DNA of 49,084 bases, the filler included, from Streblomastix strix (taxonomy: Eukaryota): assembly GCA_008636045.1 (NCBI GenBank). It is 3 parts of 3 records of this genome, joined end to end, with 100 filler letters (N's around TTAATTAATTAA, not from the genome) between each part and the next. Parts side by side here need not be neighbours in the genome. Positions count along the whole stretch, not along the records: positions 1 to 16,298 come from SNRW01000844.1; positions 16,399 to 32,693 come from SNRW01000845.1; 1 more part is not named here. One strand, given 5' to 3'. Of this stretch, positions 9,270 to 22,546 are shown piece after piece. The notes under the pieces are model-generated. The model was not told the DNA's origin and made no database searches. It worked only from the letters and a program-made list of their open reading frames with translations. Each line of letters begins with the position of its first letter. Position 1 is the first letter of the stretch. Position numbers and translations under genes: made by a program.

Positions 9270-12200
9270 TCATTTAACCCACGTAGCAGAAGCGCATTAT
9301 CTATATGTATTGGATGTTGATTTACAGGTAATAAGTCCGTTAGAATGTGTAATCGATACATAACCACCTTTATCGACAGTTTGATTCGGAAATGGTATAT
9401 ATGTTATAACATCATCATTCTAAACTAAGTAATCAGGATTAAATGTTCCCATATTATAATTTCCTCCACAAGCAAGTAATGAAAATATGTATAGATTTCC
9501 GATTCTAATTAAACTATATGATGAAACTGCTCCATTCATACCAGAAAATGCAGAAGATGTTAAATCTTCAATCCCTCCAAATGATGATAATAGTCTATCA
9601 CCACCACCCGCAAGTAGAACTGATGTATCATCTTTACCCGATTTTGCAAATCCAGTAGCATTAACAGTAGCGTTGAATGTTTTTGTTCCATTAATCGATT
9701 AGTTATTGACTGTATTAACGTAATTATCTAATGCACTTGAATCAATTTTAGAAGTTAGTTTTGCATCTACTTCTGACATTGTTAAATAAGTATTATCTAC
9801 AGGATCTTATGTTTCATCTTAGTAACCGAATGGATTAACATATTTTAATCTTCCAGTAATAGTTTATTAAACGGATCCTTATAATCTTACGTATCTATTA
9901 TTCGATTCTGTTTGTGAATATGTTTCTGTTTTTGTGTAATAATTTGATAAATCTGTTGGCGCGCTAACAAATTCAGATATTGGTTTTGTACCACCAGCTC
10001 CAAGTAATACAACACTATCATCAGCACCTGATTTAATAAATGATGTGCCTGTAATTGTTGACATTCCATCAATAGAACTTGCGAATCTACAACTATTATT
10101 AAACGTTTTATTTGCTGTTATTGTCTATGATGTAGCTACAGTAACATAATTAGATAGATCAATCGTATTTGCTTTCTCACCCAATAATTCGTTTGTTTTC
10201 GTTTTCGTGTAATAAGAACTCAAATCAACATCTCCAACATCAATCTATGCTATTAAATTATCGGTTTCTGTTTTTGTGTACGTTGTTAATTTATCCGCTT
10301 TTGCAAGTAGTAATGCATCATCTTATGCTTTTGTGTAACTATCAATTAATTGGGTTTTATCAGCTTTCAATAACAATAATGCGTCATCTTCTGATTTAGT
10401 GTACGTAGTTAATTTATCCGCTTTTGCAAGCAATAATGCATCATCTTATGTTTTTGTGTAACTATCAATTAATTGTGTTTTATCAGCCTTTAATAACAAT
10501 AATGCATCATCTTATGCTTTTGTATAACTATCAATTAATTATGTCTTGTCTGCCTTTAATAACAACAATGCATCATCTTCTGATTTAGTGTACGTAGTTA
10601 ATTTATCCGCTTTTGCTAACAGTAATGCATCATCTTATGTTTTCGTATAATAATTCGATAAATCTACTTCACCCGCCTATAATGACGATAACAATATATC
10701 ACCACCACCCGCTAATAGAATAGATGTATTATCTTTACCAGATTTTGCGAATCCAGTAGCAGTAACGTTACTTGTAAATTACTTATTACCGTTAACAATT
10801 TAATCTTCAGTTGTATTTACTAAATTTACTAATGTTTAATTATCAACTTTATTACCAATCATTTCATCTATTTTTGTTTTATTGTATGTCGTCAATACAT
10901 CCGCTTTTGCTAACAATAACGCATCATCTTATGCTTTTGTGTAACTATCAATTAATTGGGTTTTATCCGCTTTCAATAATAATAATGCATCATCTTCAGA
11001 TTTAGTGTAAGTAGTTAATTTATCCGCTTTTGCTAACAATAACGCATCATCTTATGCTTTTGTATAACTATCGATTAATTATGATTTATCTGCTTTTGCT
11101 AACAATAACGCATCATCTTCCGATTTAGAATACGAATTACTTTGAATATCAGCTATTGATCTTACTCCACCACCCGCAAGGAATACTGAAGAATTATCAT
11201 AACCCTAATAATTAATACCATATGAGTGAATAGTGCTTGTAAATAATTTTGAACCACTAATATTTTGATCATAATCAGTATTAACAAATGTCATATTTTT
11301 CTGGGGCGTGATTATATTACCAGTAATAGATAAGTCTGTTATAGCATTACCACTTCCCGTTGCTGTACCGAGAGAAGTAACAACATTAGTTAAATCAGGT
11401 AATTATGTTTCTAATTCTCTAAGTTAAGTTCCATCCCACCAATAATCTATAACTTATGAATCTACTATATATAAACTATCTCCAATTGATAGCTTTGCAA
11501 CATTGTCTGGAATTGCCATCCAACTGTTCAATTCTGCTAGTGTACTGAATACATAACCTTTCGACCTTCCTATTGCAATATCTCTAACCTCTTATAATTA
11601 TGGTTAATTCACTAAAGTACTCACTAACATATCTCCACCACCAGCGAGAAGAATAGATGCATCATTTTTTGTTAATTTCGATATGGTTGTAGCAGAAATA
11701 ACTCCGAATTATTTTGTACCAGTAATTGTTTGTGCAGAATTTGTATCAACATAATTTGTTAAATCAGCAGCATTAGCTTTCAATAGTAAGAGTGCATCAT
11801 CTTCTGTCTTTGTATACGTTGTTGCTTTATCCGCTTTCAGTAACAATAATGCATCATCTTATGATTTTGTATAACTATCGATTAATTATGTCTTATCGGC
11901 TTTCAATAACAATAATGCATCATCTTCAGATTTAGTGTACGTAGTTGTTTTATCCGCTTTTGCGAGCAATAACGCATCATCTTCGGATTTTGTATAACTA
12001 TCAATTAATTATGATTTATCAGCTTTCAATAACAACAATGCATCATCTTCGGATTTTGTGTATGAATCAATTAATTATGATTTATCAGCTTTCAATAACA
12101 ATAATGCATCATCTTCGGATTTTGTGTACGTTGTTGATTTATCCGCTTTTTCTAATAATAATACATCATCTTCAGTCTTAGTGTAATAATCGATTAATTA

Positions 12201-12407
12201 TGTTTTATCAGCTTTCAATCCTAGCTTTGAATCAATTTAACATTTAGTGTATACATCCAGTACAGGAGCATTATTTATATTATTAATTTGATTATTAATG
12301 TTTTGAACTTATTCTACCAATCCAATTTTATTGTATCTAACGCTACCAAATAATGTTTCATCATGTACTTATATTACATCCATCACATGTGCTTCACTTG
12401 ATGTCAT
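9270..12407 (-). CDS. Mirror copy of the tail-fibre-like gene
   Basis: Reverse complement of 3892-7029. Confidence 0.85.
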
Positions 12408-12437
12408 TTATTCAAAAATAAACAACTCAACTATATG

Positions 12438-12998
12438 TCAAATTTTATTTAGAACTGCTAATAATCCTTTCGATACTGCTTACATTACTCTTGATGATAT
12501 CTCGCTTAAGTCTAATATAGATGTTATCTTTCTTACCTTCTACAAACATAATTTATAAGTATCTCTTAACAAATTAACTTTATTTTCATCTAATGTATGA
12601 ATATTTACATTTCCAATAGTGATCTCAGTTAATGTTATTGTACCATCATTCATGAATTTAGTGCAGCATGTACTAACATCTTCATTCAGTTTAACTTATT
12701 ATTCATTAACATCAAATGTATATGCAACAACACGAATGAGTTAAGGTTCAGATAAAATGAAATGAGCTGATTCTTTAAACATATGTTCATCTTCACTAAT
12801 TATATCCAATAACCATTTACATACTGATGAATCTGCAATTAATTCAGTTTCAAATATTGAGCTTCTTCATCGGCTAGATTGACTGGTAGGTGAATCAATA
12901 GCAGGTTATTAGTTTTTTTCAAATGGTGATCCAACTTCTGCAATTGCACCTATTGGGTTGGGTGATGGTGGTTATATAGATGATACTATTTACGTCAT
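12438..12998 (-). pseudogene. Mirror copy of the hypothetical gene with internal TGA
   Basis: Reverse complement of 3301-3861. The same TGA is present at 12867-12869. Confidence 0.6.
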
Positions 12999-13030
12999 TT
13001 TGTTCTAACAAAAATAAGCAACATATGCCC

Positions 13031-13192
13031 TCAATTAAACATAGATAAATACTCTTTCTTCTATTAATCTTCGTGATTATGTTTATCTATTCCATTTACT
13101 ATAGTGAATGCAGTACTTATCAAAAACAGATTAGATATCTCGACTAATGTTATAAGTATTAATGAAGTACTGACTATTATTTCGAATATCAT
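13031..13192 (-). CDS. Mirror copy of the small membrane protein gene
   Basis: Reverse complement of 3107-3268. Confidence 0.6.
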
Positions 13193-13296
13193 TTTCAACA
13201 AAATAAAAAATAAATATTAGAGTGATGTGAATTACTTTCCTTCAGAAAAGCCTGCTTTATGCGAAGCTTAATCCTACGGAATAGCAGACTCCACAC

Positions 13297-13608
13297 TCAA
13301 TTATTATTCGGTATGATCTTTTATTCTATGTCAGTTTATAAATATTCTAACAAAAAATCCATATCATCCTCTTTAAAGTTATAATCAGATAATAATTTCA
13401 TTAACTATTTTTGTGATGTGTTATTTCTACTGTGAATTTATGCTTTCTTTTACGCGTATCTTCTTTTTGTTTCCAATTATTAATTACGAATTGCTGCCTT
13501 TCTATCTGCATCTGTTAAGTATTTTTTGGGCCTTCCAACTGGTCTCTTTTCAATAGTTTCATTTTGACTTTAGGCTAGAATCTATGGTTATTCAATTGTT
13601 GTCTCCAT
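13297..13608 (-). CDS. Mirror copy of the AT-hook protein gene
   Basis: Reverse complement of 2691-3002. Confidence 0.8.
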
Positions 13609-13633
13609 TTTATGATTAACTAAAAAAATAAAT

Positions 13634-15439
13634 TCATAATTTTAATCTAAAGTATTATTTATATTCATTATCTAATTCATTAATGTTTTTTGCCACTAAC
13701 TTTGTAAAGAATACTGGTAATATTACTGTTTTTAAATCACTATATGGATTCAATAACTCAACTTTAACGTTTCCATTAACATACTCAGTAAACACACCTA
13801 TATTATTGAAATTTCGTCTTATTTTTTCAAATTAATGTTTAGTCTTTGCGGTATCGACATGTAACAGCAAAATATTACCCCTAACGTACTTCTTAAGACC
13901 ATATTATTTTTGTAATCTTATTACTTCATTCAGCTTTTGCTGTTACTGATAAATGTATTATCCTTCTAATTTCTTATCATTTTGAACTTATTGGGGACTA
14001 TATTTATTTTCGTAAGCCATATGCGGTGTATGATTATATAAATCAACAATTTATTACATTAATTATTCATTAGCGAGTTCATAAATGTTATTGCCAAATG
14101 CGTTTCTTATTGTTCGAATTACTCTATCAATTACTCTATTATGGTTGGTGAATTTGCTTGAGGTGAAGAATGTATTTATGTTATTTTTCTTATAGAAATC
14201 ATTCAATAATTTTGATGCATAAGCTTTCTCACCATCACCTCTAATGTCAGAGATAGGAACAAGTGATATAAGTTATTTGAGAGCATCAACGATTGAAATT
14301 TATGATTTAGATTTAACTGGAATTACTACTAGATATTTAGTGTTAACATTAATAGCGAATAGGTATTGTTTTATTTCAACATTCTTTTTCATAATGAATA
14401 CTTAATCAATTTCCCATGAATTATATAGGGGCGAAAAGTATGGTCTTTCAAATTTAGATAGTGGTTTTAGTTAATAGTCATGTGGTTCTAAGGTATTAGT
14501 TGAAGGATAAATATCAAATTAGTTCTTAGTTTAATGTGTTGGAATATCATAGTAATTAGCTTTACGGATAACATCATACTTTGATTTGAATGGGAATTGC
14601 TTTTATGTTATTTCTTAATATAATTAATCTTTCTTAGATTGCTTTTTTAATTTCTTCGGTTTAAGTTAAGTATAAATTTTCTATGGATATTTCTCAGAAT
14701 ACTACAAAATGTATTAATCGTACCATTAACTAAGAGATTAGTCTACAAAATTAATGTTTTATGCTATTTAATCCAATACTTTGAACTGTTTTTATGTGAA
14801 TTTATAATTCAGAAAACTGGTATAAAATGACTATTTTGAATTAATGCTTTCTTATTAAAGCATTGCATTTATTTTTGTGTTTGGATCTATATCATTATCT
14901 AAATTGAATTATTCTTATTCACTAACTATATCCCCAACCTACTACGTTAATTTATTTAATTCAACAACAGAAGTAATTGACAAACTTTATTTTTTAGCCT
15001 AGGGTTTAGGTTAAATAGGTTAAATTTATCTCTATTCCAGTAAAATCGGTTTGGATGGTTCAACAACATGATAACTGACTTAAATTAGAGGGTTTTGATT
15101 CTGTTTTTCTTTAATTGATCTATATCTTGCTTATACGATTTATTAATCTGTTTACTCCTATGCAATGATAAATTTATATAAATCTGGATTTTCATCTTGT
15201 GCCCAACTCTTATATTTATCCCATAATTTAGTATAATCATCATTTGTTAAGTAACTAGTATAATAATCTCCAAGTTCAATTAGTCTTTTTTCAGAATCTT
15301 TATTTAGTAGTTTCTTCATATCGAACTTTGTTAATATAACATTATTCGTGTTATCAAAATTATACAAATAATAGTAAGCTGTTGTATAAGAATCTATATT
15401 TTTTTGTTGATCAATTTATTGTTACTCTCTTTAAGCCAT
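13634..15439 (-). CDS. Mirror copy of the rve integrase gene
   Basis: Reverse complement of 860-2665. Confidence 0.9.
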
Positions 15440-15467
15440 TTTATAATAAGTAAGCAAAAATAATGAT

Positions 15468-15752
15468 TCAATTAATTATGTTATACAGTCTTTTGAATTT
15501 ATTAATGTAAATATTTACTTACTTACTATCAGTATCTTAAGCATAAACAAATAATGATCCATCTCGTTTTACTTCGTTGGTGTGTAATATTCTATATTTT
15601 AACCCATTATAGTAATAAAATTTATCTGTTTCTTAACTATAGAAATAGAATTCAAATATATGTGTTCCATAATCATTAATTACTATAGCATCATCAGGTA
15701 TTTCATCAACATACTCGTAAATAACATCACTATTGTGTTAGGTTTTATTTTT
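15468..15752 (-). CDS. Mirror copy of the HNH C-terminal part
   Basis: Reverse complement of 547-831. Confidence 0.7.
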
Positions 15753-16022
15753 CACAAATCAAAATGACTATCTTTGAACCACTCACTGCAAATATAACCA
15801 TTGCAATTAACGCTCTTGAATAGCTCCATATTGATTGGCATGCTATTTGGAAAGTAATTTATGAGGCAGGTATCAAATACGCTTGCGAATCGAAGTTATG
15901 CTAAAGCAGGCTTTTCCAATCTTCAATTGGGGGATGAAACATCCTCTGAAGGAAAGTGAACGAACTTCACCTGAATAAATAAGTAATTAGATATTATTTT
16001 TATTTTTTTAATCTTATTATAA

Positions 16023-16298
16023 ATGTCAGAAACAGAAACAGAATTCGTTACACTTAAAGCAAATGAAAAATATGAGATTTCAACACAAGAGCCATGGGTA
16101 ATTCGAAGAAAGGAAGATGGATTTATTCCTAAATTCAGTAAGAATAATAGTGGATATTTGCACGTAGGAATTGGAGGAAAAAATTATTCATTACATAGAT
16201 TGATTGCGGAGTAATTTGTTGAGAATGATGACCCTATTAATAAAACATAAGTGGATCACAAAAATTAGAATTAAAGCGATAATAGTATATAGAATTTA
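16023..16298 (+). CDS. Mirror copy of the HNH N-terminal part
   Basis: Reverse complement of 1-276. Confidence 0.88.
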
Positions 16299-16398
16299 NN
16301 NNNNNNNNNNNNNNNNNNNNNNNNNNNNNNNNNNNNNNNNNNTTAATTAATTAANNNNNNNNNNNNNNNNNNNNNNNNNNNNNNNNNNNNNNNNNNNN
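16299..16398. other. Artificial contig linker (N44-TTAATTAATTAA-N44)
   Basis: 100-nt spacer with a six-frame-stop 12-mer. Identical to the linker at 32694-32793. Confidence 0.97.
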
Positions 16399-16400
16399 AA

Positions 16401-16553
16401 TCACTTATTCCAATTGCACTTGTATCAATGAGATGGAATAATGAACATCGAACCTATAATATTCCATAAACAGTTGGAATGCAAAAAGAAATGAAAAAAT
16501 AACTTAACTAAAAATTAATAAAATAAATCAAACATCAAATCGTGGAGCGTTGA
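16401..16553 (+). CDS. 3' end of an unknown gene at the contig start
   Basis: Open table-6 frame SLIPIALVSMRWNNEHRTYNIPQTVGMQKEMKKQLNQKLIKQIKHQIVER*. Confidence 0.35.
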
Positions 16554-17412
16554 CCACGAGCGAAGTAATTCCGACTGAAATATTAAAACTGTCTTCCTTC
16601 GGTGTTTTTTTCACCTCGGTAGCTTCCGAAGGTTACATTCTTAAAAGTAATAATATAATATAAATATACATAAGTCTAGTGAAATAAATTTATTTCAGAA
16701 ATTGTAGTTATCAAGCAATGAACAATTTATTGAAATAAAATCATTCATCAAATTTAATGTCGTCTGTATATTAAAATAAAAAATAGTGTTAAATTACTGA
16801 TCGACAAATTAATTATTACAATGTTAAGTATACATATACTAAATATTGTATTGTGGATTTAGAAATAAATGCAAAATATTATTAACGGATGCTGCAAATT
16901 ATTTTGTGATGTAAATTAGTGAATATTTATATAACAAAATATTTATGTTTGAATTTTAATAATGATAATATCAGAATGTAAATGTAACAAGATTTTTATA
17001 AAAACCCTGCTTTAATTTAATAGCTGCATTAATAAATTCATGGGAAATATAATTTTCTTTTAATATTTTATAATTATAAAGATTATTTATCGAATTTGAA
17101 CTTAGCCATTCCTTGTGCCGTTTTGTTCTGCAATAAATATTTATTTTAAAACAAATCTTCTTTTTAAGCCTTATATTAAATTAATTTCTTATTTTTTTAT
17201 TATTTTTCATCCTATAATAATGTTTAAAATAATAAATTTTACATATTATTTACTAAGTTAGTGTAATAAATAACAAATATTTAATTTTTTAATAATATTA
17301 ATTAAACTTGCCAATCTTCCCAGCTGCAAGAGATTTCGTTTAATTTATTTATTTAAAAATCGTATTAAATTCTTAATTCTCACACATATTTTTACCGAAT
17401 AATATTTTTTTA

Positions 17413-18998
17413 TAGTGCTGTTAATTTTCGACATATTCGTTCGTTTATACCATTTTGGCCTTGTCGAATTCGACAAATAAATATTTTTTGAAAAAAATAA
17501 TAAAAAAATAATTATTAGTTAGAATTCAGCCAATTGTTAAAATTTAATTTTGTATATTTTATATTTTAGGTATTTAAATATGAATATGTTGTTTAAAAAT
17601 TTAAAATTAGTTTATCTAGGGAAATAAAGTTAAATTTAAAAAATTCCACTTTTTCAAAATTTAAGTCTTGTTCAGGTATATATAATGTTATTATCTAGTG
17701 ATTATTTGGATAAATATATGTCATATATAGAATATAATTAAAGATTAGTAAATTGGTTTGTATATAAGTTAGAAAATATACAAATGTCGAATTCGACATG
17801 AAATTTCCCATTGTCGAATTCGACATCCAATTAAATTTTATCGAAATCGACATTGTTAGAAATTATCCATTATAATAAAGATTATGATACAATATATATG
17901 TGATAATTATATATAATAGTAAATTATATAATATTAAACTGTAATGAGAATTGATTTATTTATATTTAATGTGAAATTAAACGAATGAGAAATTTAAAAT
18001 CGTTTTTGTCCCTGACACTTAAAAACATTCTTGTGTTAAATGATATATTGAAACTACTAAGATGAAGCATCATTAAGAAAATCACAGTCAGAAGTTTAAA
18101 AGTGGATGAGAGCATTAGTAGCAGGAAGGAATTCCAGATATGCATGTCGATTTTCGACAAAGTTTTCGACATTTATATTGTGTGTTGTATAGAATAATTT
18201 GATGAAAATTAATATTATATTTTATTAAATTAGTTTTATTTTTATAAAATTAGATAATTATATACATAAATTTTGCTTCCTTATAAGAAGATATCAATAA
18301 TTCCATAAAATACTCACTTTTGCCGTGATTTGTATGGTCTAACTTTAGTGTGTGCTAATTCCTTTGAATTATGTTATTTTTATAAAGAATATTTAATTTT
18401 AATTTCAATTAGTAACATATTTAGTCCTAGAAATATGTATTTTAGAATATTTATAAATTTTGCTCTATATTTGAGATTTTTTTTTATTTTTATTTCTTAT
18501 TTTTTATGAATTCAATCAAATATAAATTAATATAACGAACTTTCTACTGTTTTATTGAACATTATACAACAAAAATGTTTTTTTTTATTTTTATAATTAT
18601 TTTCCCAAAAATACACAAATCGTAGAATGTATTAGTCAATTAATTTATTCCAAATTTTTGCGTATCATCAATTTAAATAATAATTTGCAATTTCTATCAT
18701 TACTAACTTAATAAATTTTTTGATTTTATCTAAAGATTAAAATAAATTTCTATAATTTCTATAAATCAATAATTGAATTTAGTTTTTATCTAAAATTTAA
18801 TCTAATATTAATCATTTTATTAACATTTATTGATATTTAATAAATCAAATAATAATTTTCAATTTAAACACAAATATCGCTAGATTTCAATTTTATTCTT
18901 AATTAATCCTAATATATTTTTTTTTCGACAATTTTTCTACTTTATCTGTCGAAATCGACCGTTTTTAGATTTATAATTGTCGAATTTTAACAGCACTA
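17413..18998. mobile_element. Non-autonomous hAT-type DNA transposon (1586 bp)
   Basis: TIRs TAGTGCTGTTAATTTTCGACA (from 17413) and TGTCGAATTTTAACAGCACTA (to 18998), 19/21 match. 8-bp TSD TTTTTTTA at 17405-17412 and 18999-19006. Repeated internal TGTCGAATTCGACA-type palindromes. No transposase recognised. Confidence 0.85.
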
Positions 18999-19035
18999 TT
19001 TTTTTATTTCTCTTTAGATTGATTATCAGCCAAAA

Positions 19036-20676
19036 ATGGGCAATTCTTCATCCTCTCAACATAGCCCTACCACAATTGCAAACAAATCTGAGTTAATTCA
19101 AGCTTAACCAACTCTTCAATCAGCTCCAATTAATATTGTGACATAAATTAAACAAGTTTCAAGAAAGAAATCAGAAGAAGAAAAGATATTATAATTGAAT
19201 TAAATTCAAAATTATATTGAAAATCTTGATGGAAATTAATTAATAACAGAAATAGATATTAAATTATGTATTGAGATGAAAAAGTTAATTGGAGTATGCA
19301 AAACATCCTTTTAATAGGAAATATTGAATATTATATTGATAATTGCAGAAAAAGGATCTGAGATGGTTGAAAGATTAAAAGATAATTAATTCTATTAAAT
19401 TTTTGAAGAATCTGGTCTAATGAAAAGAATTAATGAAATATTTCTCCAATAAATTAAGATGTAATAAATAAAAAATAAAAAATATTAATACAATGATTTG
19501 TTCTCTAAACTTGTTCTCATAATTTCATACCTAAACAAATACAGTGAAATCGATTAAAATATTCTTGAAGAATTTGGAAAATATTTTAAATTTCAGATTA
19601 ATGAGCTGGTTCAAATACTAAATATGTCAATAAATTAATAATATATGAAAGAATAATAAGATGAATAAATATAATAATAAATTGAATCAGAAATAAGAAA
19701 AGTTGCTAGAATGATTCAAGCAATTTCTGGAATTGCTGAAGATTAGGATAATCAAGAATATTTTGTAGAATAACTCAAGATTCATGAAGATATTGCTCCA
19801 TTAATACATTTAAGATGCCCTTAATAATTGAATTGCCCTCAAAACTTGAATCTTCCTGAATCAGAATATTCAAATTAACTTCTCAATTCCGTAATAAGTT
19901 ATTTTAATGAACTTTTTTAATGGGAACCAGAAGTAATGCAATTCTTAATAATTAATCAAAATATATTATAACACTTATTTTAAATTATTATATCATTTTC
20001 AACAAATCATTCTCACCAAGTTTAAAATCCAAATCAAATTCTAGAAAACTCAAATTCAACTTAGTTAACAAAAGAAATGTCACTTGTAGATAAAACTATG
20101 CTTCACCTTTGTTCTATTCTGACTGAATACACTTCATTTTGTCAAATTGCTTATAATACACCAGAATTACTAAAAGTACTGATTAATTTAACTAGTTTTG
20201 AGAGGAAATAACATCATTCAGATAAGATTGATAAAAGTAATGCACAAATCAGAATATGGAGTAATAATTTCTTAGATAGAATCAATTGTTATGGAGATAA
20301 ATATGTGAAAGAAGGAATTATAAATGAATATAAATTTATTAAAATATAAACTGAAGTTATTGGATTAGGAGGAGGAAGTGAAGAATAGAATGAGGAAGTG
20401 ATTGAATCGGGTTTAGCAAATCTATATAATATCAATTATATCAATCGTGAAAGAGATGATGAAAAATATCATGGATAAACTATTCTATTAAAAACAATAA
20501 ATGAATATTTAGAAGAAGAAGGAGGATTAGAAGAAATTGAAAATAATTAATTCCTCGAGAAATAATTTGTTAATAATTTTATTTGTAATCCAGCACGTGC
20601 AATAATTCGTTAGATTAATTACATTAAAAAGGATCCAACAAATGAAGTTGAAGATGAAAATGATATATTAAATTGA
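19036..20676 (+). CDS. Intronless helical (ARM-like) family protein, 546 aa, putative N-myristoylation
   Basis: MGNSSSSQ start. Family motifs IAPLIHLRCPQQLNCP, GLGGGSEEQNEEVIESGL and LEEEGGLEEIE. Close paralog at 42631. Confidence 0.85.
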
Positions 20677-21047
20677 ATTGAAGAAAATTTCAAATCATTA
20701 TTGCCTCCAGTTTTTTTTTCTCTATACCCATCAAACCTGTTATAATTAATATTCAATTTTCTCAGAATTTAATAAAAAATAAACAATTTTTTAACTAATC
20801 AAAAATAAATCAAACATAAAATCATATCCAATTATTTATCTTCGTTGCTAACAATTAAAAGTCAATTATTATCATTAAATATTTTTAATAATTTATTATT
20901 TTAAATATTATAACTCAAACATTAAACATTATACAATTTAAGATGTGAAAAATTAATGATGAAAATATTCATATAAATTTCCAAATAGTGCATGAATGAG
21001 TTAAAAAATGATTTATATTTTTATTATTTTCATACTATTTGCAGACA

Positions 21048-21823
21048 ATGGGTTGTGGAAAAAGCAAAATTGTTGATAGTGCTGCTGTATAGGGCGAAGG
21101 AACATTGCAAGTATAAGAAGTTCATTTTTTCCGGTATCCGTTTCAAACTTCTATATTTTTTTATATTTTAATGATTAATATTTTTGTTTTATGCTTATTT
21201 TTTTATGTCAGCGCCGATGCTCAAGGACTACCAAAAGAATCTGTCGCAGGAAAATTCAACACGAATGGTATATTTTTTTTCTTAAGATTATTTTTATTTT
21301 ATTATATGTACTATTTAGATAAAAAATTGCACGCAAGATTGTTTCTTACCTCAACATTGGTATATTTGAACTACCGTTTTTTTGTTTTTATATATTTTAA
21401 CAAACTTTTATTTAATTAGACTGGAAAAAAGGCTCGTGTAGCTTGGATATACAAGTTTGTTTTGTTTTATTTTCATATTAATGAACTTTAAATATTATTT
21501 TCAATTTCATACAGGAATTTCCACGAAAGCTGTATGAACATAATTCAACATATCACCCCAAATCCAATTTATTCTTTTCTAAACATTTTCCATTCTAAAT
21601 ATTTTCTCTTCAATCTATATACCCCATCCACTTCCAAACACCCCATATACACACAGTATCCGAGTTCGAGATCGTGTCCTGCGATATCAAGAACACAGAC
21701 ACCCAAACTATAGACGTGTCAGCTTCCATCTCCAAAGACTGGGTGATTGGAGATTATGAGCTCAGGTTGTTTGTTGATGGGAAGCAGATTCATAGCGCGG
21801 CTTTCAAAGTGGTCGCTGCGTGA
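21048..21823 (+). CDS. Small (~133 aa) beta-sandwich/Ig-like protein with MGCGKS dual-acylation N-terminus, 6 exons
   Basis: Five GT-AG introns splice in frame to give MGCGKSKIVDSAAVQGEGTLQVQEVHFFRADAQGLPKE...RVAWIYK...KDWVIGDYELRLFVDGKQIHSAAFKVVAA*. Confidence 0.8.
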
Positions 21824-22546
21824 TGTGCGAGTGCGGGGAGGAGGATTGATTGATAAGGTAAAGATTGATTGATTATGCGATAGATTCGAGTTTTATTTTT
21901 ACTTTATGTTTTTAGTTTAATGCTATTTAATTTTATTAATGTTTATTTTTTTGAGAGGATATTTTATATTGAGAGTTTTTTTAAAGAGATTAATGATCGA
22001 AAATGGATCTGATTTGCTGCATTGTATTTCTGGTTTGATTGCTTGAGGAAAAGAATGAATAATGCGAAGGTTCGAACCATTTCTACTATAATTCCATTTC
22101 ATTCTTTTCATCGGCATTCAAATCATTCATTTTTTTATTATTGTTTATTTTATTATTTCTTTTTTTATCTGAGAGTTTTTTATTTACATTTTTATGTTAT
22201 TGTTTTATCACCTGAATATATTTTTTTCGAAATGTGCTAAAATAAAGAAATGAGTGGATTTTAAAGAAAAAATGTGAACCATTTCTATAACTGTGAATAT
22301 TTATTAACTATATTTGGTGACCTAGATTAATATCTATTAATTATTTATAAAATATTCATAGAAATTAAAAAAATTTAAGAAAAAAAAATGGTGTTTATAT
22401 CAAAGCCCTGCAATAATTCTACAACTTTCTGTATAATGAATCTTATCATAAAAAAATAACAATCACTCCTATATTCATTTCATATTACTATTATTATAAC
22501 TATTTCTTAATTTATTTTATATTATCAATATCCAATAATTCCTTAA

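Larger units (their letters stand above)
1..16298. repeat. Giant inverted repeat (fold-back palindrome): arm 1-8064, unique spacer 8065-8234, arm 8235-16298
   Basis: Position x pairs with 16299-x. Every ORF-track entry has an identical mirrored partner (e.g. 85..276- and 16023..16214+). Complementarity stops at 8064/8235. Spot checks found no arm differences. Confidence 0.98.

Noticed and set aside
16299..16398. TTAATTAATTAA as a biological site, and physical linkage of the virus contig to the host genes
   Set aside because: It is an identical synthetic linker at both gaps. Adjacency, and hence integration at this locus, is not shown.
17966..18172. 68-aa ORF inside the hAT-type element as a transposase remnant
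   Set aside because: No BED finger, DDE or hAT dimerisation motif visible. Likely a chance ORF.
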